Shown here in pieces: positions 12,346 through 12,449 of a DNA stretch of 12,449 nucleotides (position 1 is its first letter; each line of letters starts with the position of its first letter). The translations under genes were made by a program, and so were the position numbers. Source of the stretch: a virus; the UHGV virus genome UHGV-0116345; one strand, given 5' to 3'. The notes beneath the pieces are model-generated. The model had not been told where the DNA came from. It worked only from the letters and a program-made list of their open reading frames with translations, and ran no database searches.

Positions 12346-12449
12346 AAACAATCCTCTCTATTGTATTTAACTATTCCTTGCCTGATTCAACAGGCCGGGA
12401 CAGATAAACATATCCAGGGATTCGGAACCGATAAATCCTGATAAATATC

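Noticed and set aside
12038-12370. Plus-strand ORF (110 aa) at the window end, considered as a possible endolysin
   Set aside because: Translation has no lysozyme, transglycosylase or SAR features and overlaps the better-supported minus-strand 90-aa gene; probably a shadow ORF.
1-12449. CRISPR arrays, IS elements/transposases, integrase, toxin genes (e.g. stx)
   Set aside because: No regularly spaced direct repeats, no transposase- or integrase-like ORFs and no toxin-like ORFs were seen; the only repeat family is the set of ori iterons inside O.

Overview
This window is the central control region of a mosaic lambdoid (lambda/phage 21/DLP12-like) enterobacterial phage or prophage, in canonical lambda order. 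Leftward (minus strand) from the immunity region: cI repressor, a two-gene cassette at the position lambda uses for rexA-rexB, an intrinsic terminator, OL/pL, nutL, an N-like antiterminator and one further early-left gene. Rightward (plus strand): OR/PR, cro, nutR, cII, replication initiator O with the ori iterons inside it, a TOPRIM primase / DnaB-like helicase fusion in place of P, a tR2-like terminator, a nin region (two unknown small ORFs, ninB, a Dam-type N6-adenine methyltransferase, ninE, ninF, a Rha/KilAC-domain protein, a YbcO-like Zn protein, rusA, a ylcG-like micro-ORF), a Q-like late antiterminator, a PR'/tR' short-transcript region, a phage-21-type pinholin S, then a 114-aa unknown gene and a convergent 90-aa minus-strand gene where an endolysin would be expected. 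The main candidate for an undescribed system is the AT-rich, rare-codon-rich, translationally coupled two-gene cassette (185 aa + 250 aa) immediately downstream of cI. This is the rexAB slot, a known hotspot for prophage-encoded anti-phage exclusion systems; neither protein resembles RexA/RexB or any family I can name from sequence. All homology statements rest on my recollection of lambda, phage 21 and E. coli K-12 cryptic-prophage proteins and on motifs visible in the translations; no database search was run. No tRNA, rRNA, CRISPR array, integrase or IS element was found.
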